Shown here piece after piece: positions 39,460 to 49,905 of a DNA stretch of 61,967 bases (the stretch's first letter is position 1; every line of letters starts with the position of its first letter). The notes beneath the pieces are model-generated. The model had not been told where the DNA came from and made no database searches. It saw only the letters and a list, made by a program, of their open reading frames with translations. The stretch spans positions 1 to 61,967 of the forward strand of contig JBCBYZ010000001.1 of NCBI GenBank assembly GCA_039815595.1, written 5' to 3'. The position numbers were made by a program, and so were the translations under genes. The stretch is from Pseudomonadota bacterium (GTDB taxonomy: Bacteria > Pseudomonadota > Alphaproteobacteria > Rhizobiales > Rhizobiaceae).

Positions 39460-41610
39460 ATGGAACCTCTTTATTTGGCAATCGTCTGCGGTTTGCTTTC
39501 GATTGTTTATGCTATCTACACGAGCCGCGCGGTGATGAACGCCGACGCCGGTAACGCGCGGATGCAAGAAATCGCGTCTGCGATTCAAGAAGGCGCGCAG
39601 GCCTATTTGAGCCGTCAATACATGACCATCGCCATTGTGGGCGCGGTTGTGTTTGTGCTGGCTTGGCTTTTGCTGGGCGCTGTTGCGGCCATCGGCTTTT
39701 TGATTGGTGCCGTGCTGTCCGGTGTCGCCGGCTTCATCGGCATGCTGGTCTCCGTGCGCGCCAATGTGCGTACCGCACAGGCCGCATCCCACAGCCTCGG
39801 CGCTGGTCTGGATATCGCCTTTAAATCCGGTGCGATCACAGGCCTGCTCGTTGCCGGTCTCGCGCTCCTCGGCGTGGCGGTTTACTTCTGGGTGCTGATC
39901 GGTCCCATGGGTTATGAGAACTCCAGCCGCGTCGTGATCGACGGTTTGGTGTCGCTTGGCTTCGGTGCCTCCCTGATCTCCATTTTTGCCCGTCTCGGCG
40001 GCGGTATCTTCACTAAGGGTGCGGACGTCGGCGGCGACCTTGTGGGTAAAGTGGAAGCCGGTATCCCGGAAGACGATCCACGCAACCCAGCGACCATCGC
40101 CGACAATGTGGGCGACAACGTTGGTGACTGCGCCGGTATGGCCGCTGACCTGTTTGAAACCTACGCTGTGACCGTGGTTGCGACGATGGTGCTGGCGTCG
40201 ATCTTCTTCACCGGTGCAGAAGCTTTCATGTTGATGTTGTTGCCATTGGTGATCGGCGGCGTGTGCGTGATCACTTCGATCATCGGCACTTTCTTCGTGA
40301 AGCTGGGCTCAAACAATTCCATCATGGGTGCGCTGTATCGCGGCTTTATCGCTACTGCGATCCTGTCTGCCGTTGCTTTTGCTGCCATCATCTGGGGCTG
40401 GGTCGGTGCTGGTACGGAGTTTGCCGCGTCCAACGGTTCGACCTTCAACGGTCGTGAACTGTTCTACTGCATGTTGATTGGTCTGGTGATCACCGGCCTG
40501 ATCATCTGGGTGACAGAATACTATACCGGTGTGGATTACCGTCCGGTGCGTTCTATCTCTCAGGCGTCTGTGACCGGTCACGGCACAAACGTCATTCAGG
40601 GTCTTGCGGTTTCTTTGGAAGCGACAGCACTGCCTGCGATTATCATCATCGTCGGTATCATCATGACCTACTCGGTCGCCGGTCTCTTTGGCATTGCAAT
40701 CGCCGTGACCGCTATGCTGGCCTTGGCCGGTTTTGTGGTGGCGCTGGATGCCTTCGGTCCTGTGACCGATAACGCCGGTGGTATCGCTGAGATGGCTGAA
40801 TTGCCAAGCGAAGTGCGCACCACAACGGATGCGCTCGACGCGGTGGGCAACACTACAAAAGCGGTGACCAAGGGGTATGCAATCGGTTCCGCCGGTTTGG
40901 GTGCGCTGGTGCTGTTTGCTGCCTACACGGAAGACCTGAAGTTCTTCGCGGCTAAAGCGGCCACGGAAAACGACACGACGTCGATTTTCTTTGGTATCGA
41001 TGCAGCAACGCTGTTCAACCTGTCGAACCCCTACGTGGTGTCCGGCCTGTTGTTTGGCGGTCTTCTGCCCTTCCTGTTCGGTGGCATGTCCATGACGGCT
41101 GTTGGCCGTGCGGCGGGTTCCATCGTGGAAGAGGTGCGTCGCCAGTTTGCGGCTGATCCGGGCATTATGGCCGGTACGTCCAAACCCGACTATGCGCGAG
41201 GCGTGGACATGCTGACCAAAGCTGCGATCAAGGAAATGATCCTGCCATCGCTGCTGCCAGTGCTGTCACCGATCTTCGTCTTCTTCGTGGTTTACTGGAT
41301 TTCCGGTCCTGCGAACGCGTTTGCATCCCTTGGTGCTATGCTCCTGGGTGTGATCGTGACCGGCTTCTACGTCGCTGTCTCCATGACCGCCGGTGGCGGT
41401 GCCTGGGACAACGCCAAGAAGAGCTTTGAAGATGGTTTCATCGACAAGGACGGTGTAAAGCATGAAAAAGGTGGCGAAGCGCACAAAGCGTCCGTTACCG
41501 GCGATACGGTTGGCGATCCCTACAAGGACACCGCTGGCCCAGCCGTAAACCCGATGATCAAAATCACGAACATCGTGGCGTTGCTGCTGTTGGCTGTCAT
41601 GGCGCACTAA
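39460..41610 (+). CDS. hppA: Membrane-bound H+-translocating pyrophosphatase, K+-independent type
   Basis: [34 protein letters not shown] (Lys marks K+-independent), [10 protein letters not shown]. Confidence 0.95.
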   Translation: MEPLYLAIVCGLLSIVYAIYTSRAVMNADAGNARMQEIASAIQEGAQAYLSRQYMTIAIVGAVVFVLAWLLLGAVAAIGFLIGAVLSGVAGFIGMLVSVRANVRTAQAASHSLGAGLDIAFKSGAITGLLVAGLALLGVAVYFWVLIGPMGYENSSRVVIDGLVSLGFGASLISIFARLGGGIFTKGADVGGDLVGKVEAGIPEDDPRNPATIADNVGDNVGDCAGMAADLFETYAVTVVATMVLASIFFTGAEAFMLMLLPLVIGGVCVITSIIGTFFVKLGSNNSIMGALYRGFIATAILSAVAFAAIIWGWVGAGTEFAASNGSTFNGRELFYCMLIGLVITGLIIWVTEYYTGVDYRPVRSISQASVTGHGTNVIQGLAVSLEATALPAIIIIVGIIMTYSVAGLFGIAIAVTAMLALAGFVVALDAFGPVTDNAGGIAEMAELPSEVRTTTDALDAVGNTTKAVTKGYAIGSAGLGALVLFAAYTEDLKFFAAKAATENDTTSIFFGIDAATLFNLSNPYVVSGLLFGGLLPFLFGGMSMTAVGRAAGSIVEEVRRQFAADPGIMAGTSKPDYARGVDMLTKAAIKEMILPSLLPVLSPIFVFFVVYWISGPANAFASLGAMLLGVIVTGFYVAVSMTAGGGAWDNAKKSFEDGFIDKDGVKHEKGGEAHKASVTGDTVGDPYKDTAGPAVNPMIKITNIVALLLLAVMAH

Positions 41611-41632
41611 CTTCAGGCCTGGTTCTAAAAAC

Positions 41633-41673
41633 AAAAAGCCCCGGTGCTCATCTGAGCATCGGGGCTTTTTTTT
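41633..41673. terminator. Bidirectional intrinsic terminator
   Basis: AAAAAGCCCCGGTGCTCA-TC-TGAGCATCGGGGCTTTTTTTT between convergent hppA and bamE. Confidence 0.9.
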
Positions 41674-41720
41674 AAGTCCAACTGGTTTGGCAGAACCTTA
41701 GCGTTGTGGCGCCTTACCTC

Positions 41721-42209
41721 TTAGCCGCCACCGAGCGGGTTCACACTGGCGGCTGCACCGAGCAATTGCCCCATGAAGGTCAAGTCTTTGCCGGACGTTG
41801 GCGTCACCCGACGGGTGAAGTCGAACACTTTGCCGTCCTTCAAGCCGTAGTTTGTCAGCCGCTCCACAGTCTCATCTTCGGTGAAATACACGGCCAACAC
41901 CCGTTGATCCACCACGCGCGGGGTCTCGAACGCCACACGGCGTTTTTTGGTCTGGCTGATGTAGTAAAATGTCTCTTTCCCGTCCTGCTTCAGCGTCGTG
42001 GACGGTTGGCCCATGGACAGCAAAACCTGTGCCCGTGACGATCCGGTCGGTATCAACGCCAAGGTTTCTTCGTTCAATTGATAGCCGTGGGAGAATGTAG
42101 CTTCGGAGCTCAAACCGCTGTTGCTGCAACCCGTCAAAACCGCGCAGCCGATCGCGGCCAAAGCCATGGAAACGGATCTCGTCCCGGTCTTTTTTGTTTG
42201 CGTTATCAT
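41721..42209 (-). CDS. bamE: Outer membrane protein assembly factor BamE
   Basis: Lipobox LTGC, GSSRAQV...G.PS, FYYISQ, QRVLAVYF. Confidence 0.9.
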   Translation of the reverse strand: MITQTKKTGTRSVSMALAAIGCAVLTGCSNSGLSSEATFSHGYQLNEETLALIPTGSSRAQVLLSMGQPSTTLKQDGKETFYYISQTKKRRVAFETPRVVDQRVLAVYFTEDETVERLTNYGLKDGKVFDFTRRVTPTSGKDLTFMGQLLGAAASVNPLGGG

Positions 42210-42442
42210 GGTCGTCGTCTCCAAACACATGTTGGTTTGTTAGCCTCAGCGCCGCTGGGTCTGGCGGCGGCGTCGCGATGGTCTTATATCAGCCGCACCG
42301 CATTCGCAAAGCCACGTCATCCCTATCGATGTCGTGACTTCGAAACCGGTAAATGCGCCACATTGCACACACGCACCGGCTCTTCCATACGCCGCTAGCA
42401 CGTAATTATGGCCGATCCACGCAGGTTCAACGGATACTCACA

Positions 42443-42988
42443 ATGCTTCGACGCTTATTCGGTTTGCCGAGCTATGATCACAATCGTCAGAGACAAGCCC
42501 TTTATGGCCTTGTTGTGACGCAGGCCCGGCGCGCAGAACTCTATTCCCAAATGGGTGTTCCAGACACGTTTGACGGTCGTTTGGAAATGATGATCCTGCA
42601 CCTCTACCCCTTGCACCGCAGGCTGCTGCGGGAAGGCAATACCGAGCGTCGCTTATCACAAGGTGTGTTTGACGCATTCTTTGAGGACATGGATTCTGCG
42701 CTCCGTGAAGCCGCAGTGGGGGATCAGGCGGTGCCAAAGCGTCTGCAAAAGATCACCCGCGTGTTCTACGGCCATGCCAAAGCCCTCGACGCGGCCATGG
42801 ATCTACCGCAAGAGCAGCAATTGACGGCGATCGACGCCGTATTAGAGGGTAATCTGGTGGATACTGACAACACGGTTGATCGGTCTGCTTTGGCAAAATA
42901 CCTTCTGCAAAGCATCGAGCAGATCGATGCGACCGATTTGAAATCCATTGTTGGTGGCAAGTTCGCGTTCGCGCCATTTCCGGCGTAG
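42443..42988 (+). CDS. Ubiquinol-cytochrome c chaperone (Cbp3) family protein
   Basis: VTQARR..LY...GVPDTFDGR, DMDSALRE..VGD..VPK. Confidence 0.9.
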   Translation: MLRRLFGLPSYDHNRQRQALYGLVVTQARRAELYSQMGVPDTFDGRLEMMILHLYPLHRRLLREGNTERRLSQGVFDAFFEDMDSALREAAVGDQAVPKRLQKITRVFYGHAKALDAAMDLPQEQQLTAIDAVLEGNLVDTDNTVDRSALAKYLLQSIEQIDATDLKSIVGGKFAFAPFPA

Positions 42989-43060
42989 GCGATCTCCGAC
43001 CAAGCGATCCAAGAAGACACACCGGCCCGATGCCGGACCAAGAGTTATCGGAACATCGAG

Positions 43061-43651
43061 ATGTCCAGACACGCAAAACCGGTTGTCCCGGATCAGGATG
43101 CACCTTTGGTTTCAAGGCCCGTCAACGTGGCGACCTTACCCAAAAAGGGGCAACGGCTGTCCTACGAAGCGGATGCAGAAGTGTTGGCCCAACTGGCATC
43201 GGATTTCGACATCGATGCGGTTGAAAATCTCGTGGCTGACGCCGAAATCATGCCGTGGAAGCGTGGCGGTATCACTGTAAAGGGTTGGGTGCGCGCCAGT
43301 CTTATTCAGCCGTGCGCCATTACCAGTGATCCGCTTCACACTCAGATTGACGAGATCATCGACCTTGTTCTCGTGCCTGAGGGGTCGCCCTTGGCGGTCC
43401 CGGAGGTCTCCGACACGGGTGAGTTGATCATTGATCCTGAGGGCGCTGATTTACCGGAGACTTTTGCATCGGATCACATCGATCTCGGCGCGATCTGGAT
43501 GGAGCACTTCGCCCTCGGTTTTGACCCATATGCCCGCAAAGAAGGTGCTGACCTGTCTAAGACGGTGCAGGCCCTGAATGATGATGACGTCGAAACCGAT
43601 GCAAAGCCTGACAACCCGTTTGCAGCCTTGGAAGCGCTGAAAAGCAAGTAA
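43061..43651 (+). CDS. DUF177 (YceD) family protein
   Basis: QPCAITSDP, IDLG, LGFDPYAR, NPFAALEALK. Lies upstream of plsX. Confidence 0.88.
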   Translation: MSRHAKPVVPDQDAPLVSRPVNVATLPKKGQRLSYEADAEVLAQLASDFDIDAVENLVADAEIMPWKRGGITVKGWVRASLIQPCAITSDPLHTQIDEIIDLVLVPEGSPLAVPEVSDTGELIIDPEGADLPETFASDHIDLGAIWMEHFALGFDPYARKEGADLSKTVQALNDDDVETDAKPDNPFAALEALKSK

Positions 43652-43875
43652 TCCGCATCAAAAGGCCCATTTTGTGCAGAGTTGTCACAAAACGCGTGTG
43701 AAACCGGGCGCAAGGCTATGAAAACAGTCGCGCGATCAAAAATGAATGTGCTATTTCAAGCGCGCATTCATTGCCAATTGTTTCATTGCAAAATCTGCGC
43801 GTCTCCCGCATGTCGTGCACGCACCCACTAGCGGGCGCGGCCAACCAAAATTCACCGAACGGAATTTCGCGACTT

Positions 43876-44943
43876 ATGTCCAGCCACGGCAAATCGATAA
43901 CGGTTGCCCTTGATGTCATGGGCGGTGACCATGGTCCCGAAACCATCTTGGCGGGTGCCGAGATCAGTCGACGTCGCTACCCGGACATTCGTTACATGTT
44001 GCACGGCGAGGAAGCGGCCGTTGCCCCCCTGTTGCAAAATTACGAAAAACTAGCCGCTTGCTCGACCTTCGTGCCCTGTGACGTATCCATTTCCATGGAC
44101 ATGAAACCCAGCCAAGCGCTCCGCAAAGGCCGTCGCGTGTCCGGCATGTGGAAAGCCCTCGATTCCGTAAAAGACGGTGAGGCCGATGTTATGGTCTCAG
44201 CCGGCAACACTGGCGCGCTGATGGCCATGTCGAAGTTCTGCCTGCGCATGATGCCCGGCATCGAACGACCCGCGCTAGCCGCAGTTTGGCCTAACGTGAA
44301 AGGCGAAAGCATCGTCTTGGACGTGGGTGCCACCATTGGGGCGGATGCGGAAGCGCTCGTAAACTACGCCCTTATGGGCAGCGCGATGGCCCGTGTTTTG
44401 TTTGATATGGATCGCCCAAGAGTAGGCCTGTTGAACATCGGCGTGGAAGAGGTGAAGGGCCTTGAGGAGATTCGCCTTGCGGGTGTTCGTTTGCGCGAGT
44501 TGGACTTGCCCGGCCTTAAGTATACCGGTTTCGTGGAGGGCGATGATCTGGGCCTTGGGGGTGTGGACGTCGTCGTAACCGAAGGCTTTACGGGCAACAT
44601 CGCCTTAAAGACCGCCGAAGGCACGGCTAAACAGGTCGGCAAGTATCTGCGCGATGCCATGTCCCGTACGTTGATGGCGCGTCTGGGCTATTTATTAGCC
44701 AACCAAGCGTTTTCCCGCCTGTCTCAAAAAATGGACCCGCGTAAGGTCAACGGGGCTGTGTTTTTGGGGCTCAATGGGATCGTCATCAAAAGTCATGGCG
44801 GGACGGATGCCGAAGGGTTTGCCAGCGCCATCGATGTCGGCCACAACATGGTGCGCAGCGATCTTCGTCAGAAAATCACCGACGATCTGAAATCGTCAGC
44901 AATGGCTGAGGTTTTGCAAGAAACCAAGGAAGAGCAAGAATAG
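43876..44943 (+). CDS. plsX: Phosphate acyltransferase PlsX
   Basis: [40 protein letters not shown]. Confidence 0.96.
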   Translation: MSSHGKSITVALDVMGGDHGPETILAGAEISRRRYPDIRYMLHGEEAAVAPLLQNYEKLAACSTFVPCDVSISMDMKPSQALRKGRRVSGMWKALDSVKDGEADVMVSAGNTGALMAMSKFCLRMMPGIERPALAAVWPNVKGESIVLDVGATIGADAEALVNYALMGSAMARVLFDMDRPRVGLLNIGVEEVKGLEEIRLAGVRLRELDLPGLKYTGFVEGDDLGLGGVDVVVTEGFTGNIALKTAEGTAKQVGKYLRDAMSRTLMARLGYLLANQAFSRLSQKMDPRKVNGAVFLGLNGIVIKSHGGTDAEGFASAIDVGHNMVRSDLRQKITDDLKSSAMAEVLQETKEEQE

Positions 44944-45023
44944 GTCCGCAAGCGGTGTTCGTGGCAACAACGTCGGCACATTAGGACTGCACCGCACAGC
45001 CGGTGTGGAGGAGAAAGAAGACC

Positions 45024-45995
45024 ATGATACGTTCTGTCGTCATCGGATCGGGTGCCGCATTGCCCGCAAAGGCCGTAACAAACGCTGAACTGGCCGAGCG
45101 CGTGGACACAACAGACGAGTGGATCGTCCAGCGCACCGGAATCCGTCAGCGCTACATCGCAGATGACACCGAAACTACAGCCAGTTTGGGTGAAGCGGCC
45201 GCACGCGACGCCATGGCCGATGCGGGCATCACGGTGGACGACATTGATCTGATTATCTTGGCGACCTCCACACCCAACAACACGTTCCCAGCCACCGCCG
45301 TGGAAATTCAGGAACGGCTGGGCATGGCCCATGGTGCTGCCTTCGACATGCAGGCTGTGTGCTCAGGTTTTGTCTACGGAGTGACCACGGCAGACACCTA
45401 TATTAAGGCCGGTCAGGCCAAGCGGGTGCTTGTGATCGGTGCAGAAACCTTTTCTCGCATTCTCGATTGGGAAGACCGAACTACCTGCGTGTTGTTTGGA
45501 GACGGGGCAGGGGCCATCGTCCTTGAGGCACAGGAGGGTGTGGGTATGTCCAATGACCGGGGCGTGCTGACCAGCCAGTTGCGCTCCAATGGCAGCCATA
45601 AAGAAAAGCTCTACGTGGATGGGGGCCCGTCCACGACGCAGACGGTGGGGCATTTGCGCATGCAGGGCCGTGAAGTGTTCAAACATGCGGTCGCCATGAT
45701 CACCGATGTGATTGAAGCCGCGTTCGCGTCCACAGGTTTGGAGGCCGAGGATATTGACTGGTTCATTCCCCACCAGGCCAACAAGCGCATCATCGATGCT
45801 TCTGCAAAGAAGCTCAAGATTCCCGACGAGAAGGTGGTGATGACTGTGGCGGATCATGGCAACACCTCTGCGGCCTCCATCCCACTTGCGATCAACACCG
45901 CGAAAAAGTCCGGTCGTTTGAAGCAGGGCGACCTGGTCTTGTTGGAGGCTATGGGCGGCGGCTTCACCTGGGGTGCGGTGCTGCTGCGTTGGTAA
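45024..45995 (+). CDS. fabH: Beta-ketoacyl-ACP synthase III
   Basis: [45 protein letters not shown]. Confidence 0.97.
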   Translation: MIRSVVIGSGAALPAKAVTNAELAERVDTTDEWIVQRTGIRQRYIADDTETTASLGEAAARDAMADAGITVDDIDLIILATSTPNNTFPATAVEIQERLGMAHGAAFDMQAVCSGFVYGVTTADTYIKAGQAKRVLVIGAETFSRILDWEDRTTCVLFGDGAGAIVLEAQEGVGMSNDRGVLTSQLRSNGSHKEKLYVDGGPSTTQTVGHLRMQGREVFKHAVAMITDVIEAAFASTGLEAEDIDWFIPHQANKRIIDASAKKLKIPDEKVVMTVADHGNTSAASIPLAINTAKKSGRLKQGDLVLLEAMGGGFTWGAVLLRW

Positions 45996-46041
45996 GCAAT
46001 TGATTGGTTTGAACTATTGACGTAACGGCATGCGTGGCTCA

Positions 46042-46070
46042 TTGACCGCGTTAGTTCGTCACCATAGAGT
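46042..46070 (+). promoter_or_regulatory. Putative sigma70 promoter for ihfA-merR
   Basis: TTGACC-N17-TAGAGT. Confidence 0.45.
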
Positions 46071-46121
46071 GTCGAACGGAATACCTCCTGCTAACGTGGC
46101 TGTCGCAAGGGAATCCACCCA

Positions 46122-46436
46122 ATGTCTACCAAGACACTCACCCGCGCCGATTTGGCCGAAGTGGTGTACGAGAAAGTTGGTCTGTCCCGGGTTGAATCCG
46201 CCAATTTGGTGGAGGAGGTGCTCGAGGAAATCTGTCAGGCAGCCGTGCGCGGTGAGAACATCAAACTGTCCTCATTCGGTACGTTTGCCGTTCGCTCAAA
46301 ACGCGAGCGCATCGGTCGCAACCCCAAGACCGGGCAGGAAGTACCAATAACCCCCAGAAGGGTGATGGTTTTTCGACCCTCGAACATCTTAAAAGAAAAG
46401 GTTCTCAACGGTATGCGCGGCGCGGCTAACGTATAG
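46122..46436 (+). CDS. ihfA: Integration host factor subunit alpha
   Basis: [36 protein letters not shown]. Confidence 0.96.
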   Translation: MSTKTLTRADLAEVVYEKVGLSRVESANLVEEVLEEICQAAVRGENIKLSSFGTFAVRSKRERIGRNPKTGQEVPITPRRVMVFRPSNILKEKVLNGMRGAANV

Positions 46437-46561
46437 CATTCGTTGCTTCGACGCCGTTTTTGTTATGCGCACACCACGTTTCTGAGCCGTTCCTTTGGTC
46501 TTTTTCTAAAAGCACGATACGCTCGGCTTCACCGTGATTCCGCCGCTTCAAGTGAGTGCCC

Positions 46562-47029
46562 GTGTCTAAAAGTGCCGACGCTTTCCGAACCATTTCTGAG
46601 GTTGCGCAGGACCTAGAACTGCCCCAGCACGTGCTGCGGTTTTGGGAAACGCGGTTCAACCAAATCAAGCCCATGAAGCGTGGCGGTGGACGCCGCTACT
46701 ATCGCCCGGAGGACGTCGAACTGCTGCGCGGCATCCGCTACCTTTTGTATTCAGAAGGTTACACGATCAAAGGCGTGCAGCGTATCTTAAAGGAACACGG
46801 CAATAAATTTGTGGCGTCAGTCGGCGATGGATCGGTCAATCTCGCCAGCATTGCAGCCGCTGATCAGGCGCCTGAGCAGCAAGCCGTCACAGTGTCCGAT
46901 GTGATCGCTGACAGGGCCCCACCCACCCGCTCAAAGTCCAGTACATCCCCGTCGACGCAAGCCCGTCTAAAGGACGTGCTAAGCGAACTTCTGGAGTGCA
47001 AACGCCTGCTGGACCAAGTGCGTGGCTAG
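46562..47029 (+). CDS. MerR-family transcriptional regulator, ihfA-linked
   Basis: [34 protein letters not shown]. Confidence 0.93.
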   Translation: MSKSADAFRTISEVAQDLELPQHVLRFWETRFNQIKPMKRGGGRRYYRPEDVELLRGIRYLLYSEGYTIKGVQRILKEHGNKFVASVGDGSVNLASIAAADQAPEQQAVTVSDVIADRAPPTRSKSSTSPSTQARLKDVLSELLECKRLLDQVRG

Positions 47030-47200
47030 CCCTTTAAGACAATGATGACCCGCTCACCGGGGCTGAACGATGAGGCCTTTTGTTCGAAATCCACGATCAG
47101 GATCACTCCCAAACCGAACTAGCCCACGATGGGTTTCTGCAAACCGAGGCGCCAGAACCGCTTGAAATCCAAGTCTCAGATGCGTAATGGTTCCTGCAGT

Positions 47201-47277
47201 CGGGGTATAGCGCAGCCCGGTAGCGCGTTCGTCTGGGGGACGAGAGGTCGCAGGTTCAAGTCCTGCTACCCCGACCA
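47201..47277 (+). tRNA. tRNA-Pro(GGG)
   Basis: CGGGGTA/TACCCCG acceptor stem, D-arm, anticodon loop CT-GGG-GG, GTTCAAGTC T-loop, encoded CCA. Confidence 0.97.
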
Positions 47278-47375
47278 AAAAATACGTCAGAGTGCGACTT
47301 GTTGGCTTGGTTCTTTGTCCATCTGTTGTTTGTGGCAACCGAGCCGTTTGGTCCGAACCGCCTAGGATAGCAAAG

Positions 47376-48503
47376 ATGCGTGGTCCGCCCCCGCATGGAC
47401 AGTCCGATGTAACGCCATCAGGCGGATTATGGGCGGTACTACAGCGTGTAGCCGACCGATCGGTCTTCCTCCTTGTCGATCTGTTTGTGATGCTGGCGTA
47501 TCCGCGGGAAGTCATCCGGCTTTTCAAAAGAAACACGAGGCGGGGCTCCAACACTTGGAGCATTGCTGCACCACGGGTCACGAACGCGAAATACTCGTGG
47601 CGCAAACTCTTCGACCATGATCCGCGCTTCAACACGGTGACCGACAAGCTAAGTGTTAAACGATTTATCGACGAGCTTGGAATCGCTGTCACCGTTCCCA
47701 AGACTCTCTGGCAGGGCAAAGCACAGGAGTTGCCAACTCACTTTTATGAGGCCGATGTTGTTATCAAAGCGAGCCATGGGTGGGGCACAAACATTTACCC
47801 GGGCAGAGACGGCCTGGATCGTGCAGAAACGGACCGCTTGATCAAAGAGGCGATGTCTCAGAACCACGGTCGGCGCACCAACCAGTGGGCCTATTACGAC
47901 CTCAAACCGTGTCTTTTTGTCGAAGAGCGTATTGTGAGTGCTGGTTCCTTCGTCGATCTCAAGGTTTACAGTTATGGGTCCCAGCTGCGCCGCATCGTGC
48001 AAATTCGAAGCTTAGGCAATGGGAAACGGCTTGGCGGGATTTGGAACAGAAGCGAATCTGGCCGGTACGTCCTTTCTGAAAAACCGTCTGCGGTCAGTCC
48101 TGACGAAATCGACCAACAACCCTTGCCAAGCACGCTGGATCGAGCGCTGGACATTTCTGAGCAAATAGGTTGCCATTTTGACCACATGCGGATTGATTTT
48201 TTGGCGGTTGAAGATCGGCTCTATCTGGGCGAACTGACAGTCTACAACCTCAGTGGCCGCGAAAACGAAGGACACCGGTTTGACGGCGACTCCAACCTTC
48301 ATTGGGACCTGCGCCGAAGCTGGTTTTTGAACACGCCCCAAACCGGCTGGCGAGCGATCTACGCCAGCGCCCTGAAGCGTTTTTGCGACCGGCAGTCGAA
48401 CATAACACCAACCCTCAATCGCGCCGGCCCCATGAACCAAGAGCAATTGCAAAAGGGCCTCAATCTCGCTCGCACTCTCAACGCGTCATCCACGGGCGGG
48501 TAA
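47376..48503 (+). CDS. TupA-like ATP-grasp amidoligase
   Basis: TDKLSVKRFI, VIKASHGWG, FVEERI, DLKVYSYG, HMRIDFL, LYLGELTVY. Confidence 0.8.
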   Translation: MRGPPPHGQSDVTPSGGLWAVLQRVADRSVFLLVDLFVMLAYPREVIRLFKRNTRRGSNTWSIAAPRVTNAKYSWRKLFDHDPRFNTVTDKLSVKRFIDELGIAVTVPKTLWQGKAQELPTHFYEADVVIKASHGWGTNIYPGRDGLDRAETDRLIKEAMSQNHGRRTNQWAYYDLKPCLFVEERIVSAGSFVDLKVYSYGSQLRRIVQIRSLGNGKRLGGIWNRSESGRYVLSEKPSAVSPDEIDQQPLPSTLDRALDISEQIGCHFDHMRIDFLAVEDRLYLGELTVYNLSGRENEGHRFDGDSNLHWDLRRSWFLNTPQTGWRAIYASALKRFCDRQSNITPTLNRAGPMNQEQLQKGLNLARTLNASSTGG

Positions 48504-48606
48504 GGGTGCCAGACTCTACGGATACACTCGAAAGCTGATCACACATCCGCACCATGAAACGCCGCAGGGCATGTTGAAGCGTAGCAACGATAGCCGAAAT
48601 AGGCTG

Positions 48607-49905
48607 TCACGCCGTCGCGTGACCGCTTGGCGTAGTGCGGTTTCGTGAGATGTAGTCGGGGCCGTGGCGCATTTCCAGGCCGATGCAGCCCCATATGATG
48701 CCGGTGATCAAAAATACGTGCCGCCAGTGGTCAAGGTCGATCACCCAGCCGACGAAAATATGGCCCACGAACGCGGCATAGGCGCAGTGCAGATAGGGCT
48801 GCCACGGGCGTTTGCGCCCGATCAAGCGTCCGCCCGCAACAAGCGTAACCAACGTGATTGTTAGGTATGTGAAGAAGCCCAACCAGCCATAGGCCATCAG
48901 ACTTTTCACCCAGATATTGTGCGTGTCTTCGCCCAACGTCAGGCCAAATTCGAGGGGTCCTATGCCGAGCGGGTTTTCCAGCGCCCAGGCAAAACCGATC
49001 CAGTGGCGTGCAAAGCGGCCCACTTCCGCGCCATCATATTCCTGTACGACTTTGGCGCGCAGTTCGAACATTTCTGACACAGCATCAAATTGCAGGGCCA
49101 CCACAAGCGCCAAGACAACGGCCGCCAATCCCATCACACCCATCATGATGAGGCGCAGGCGCATCGCGGCGGATTGTTCGGTTGCCAACGAGAAGAAATA
49201 GAGCAAGCCCCCCGCCATCACGACAAGGCCCCAAGCCGCGCGAGAGAAGGAGAGGAAGATGCCAAACAACAGGATGGCCAGCAGGACGGCCCGCACGGGG
49301 GCGAAACTGAAACTGCGAAACAAGATGCCGTAGACCAGATAGATCGTTGGCAGCACAAGGAACGGCCCAAACACGTTTGGATCCTGAAAGACACCCATGG
49401 CGCGGTCAAATTTCACGAACAGGGACGCGCCGGGGAAGGCGTTGAAATAGCCGCCGATGCCCAGCAGAGCCGTGATCGTGGCACCTAAAACATAGCCGCG
49501 CATGATGGTGCGCAACCTGCCCATATCGGCTTCGATCACCGCGCACCAAAACACTGACGACAGGCCAAGGAACAACGTGACCGCAAGGTAGAGCGGGATG
49601 CCCTTGTACTCCGACATCGTGAACATCGACATCAGACCACCCAGATTATAGAGCACCCAAAGAGTGGCGAGAGCGATGGCCAATTTGCTCAGCTTCATGC
49701 CCGACAGCAAAAACAGCGGGATGATGACGACCATGAAGAGTTCGTAGGGCGCGGGTTCGCGAATGACGAACGCGCCAAAAAAGGCAGCCAGCCCAATCAC
49801 AAACCGCGAAATCTGCTGCAACCCGATGACCGGCTGGCTGTTGGGGCGGTAGGGCGCTTCCGGTCGCGCGGGGGCGGTGCTGCCGATGTCGGCGGTGAGG
49901 CTCAA
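48607..49905 (-). CDS. uppF: O-antigen ligase/polymerase (Wzy_C) family protein, UppF-like
   Basis: Multi-TM, EPAPYE, FQDPNVFGPF, LSFSRAAW, NPLGIGP, THN, DHWRH. Overlaps the uppE stop. Confidence 0.8.
   Translation of the reverse strand: MSLTADIGSTAPARPEAPYRPNSQPVIGLQQISRFVIGLAAFFGAFVIREPAPYELFMVVIIPLFLLSGMKLSKLAIALATLWVLYNLGGLMSMFTMSEYKGIPLYLAVTLFLGLSSVFWCAVIEADMGRLRTIMRGYVLGATITALLGIGGYFNAFPGASLFVKFDRAMGVFQDPNVFGPFLVLPTIYLVYGILFRSFSFAPVRAVLLAILLFGIFLSFSRAAWGLVVMAGGLLYFFSLATEQSAAMRLRLIMMGVMGLAAVVLALVVALQFDAVSEMFELRAKVVQEYDGAEVGRFARHWIGFAWALENPLGIGPLEFGLTLGEDTHNIWVKSLMAYGWLGFFTYLTITLVTLVAGGRLIGRKRPWQPYLHCAYAAFVGHIFVGWVIDLDHWRHVFLITGIIWGCIGLEMRHGPDYISRNRTTPSGHATA

Noticed and set aside
43652-43875. 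Missing rpmF between yceD and plsX
   Set aside because: No ORF remnant is visible, and as I recall rpmF is commonly located elsewhere in Rhizobiales.
47201-48606. Integrative element or prophage at tRNA-Pro
   Set aside because: No integrase and no duplicated tRNA 3' end (att site) is visible downstream.
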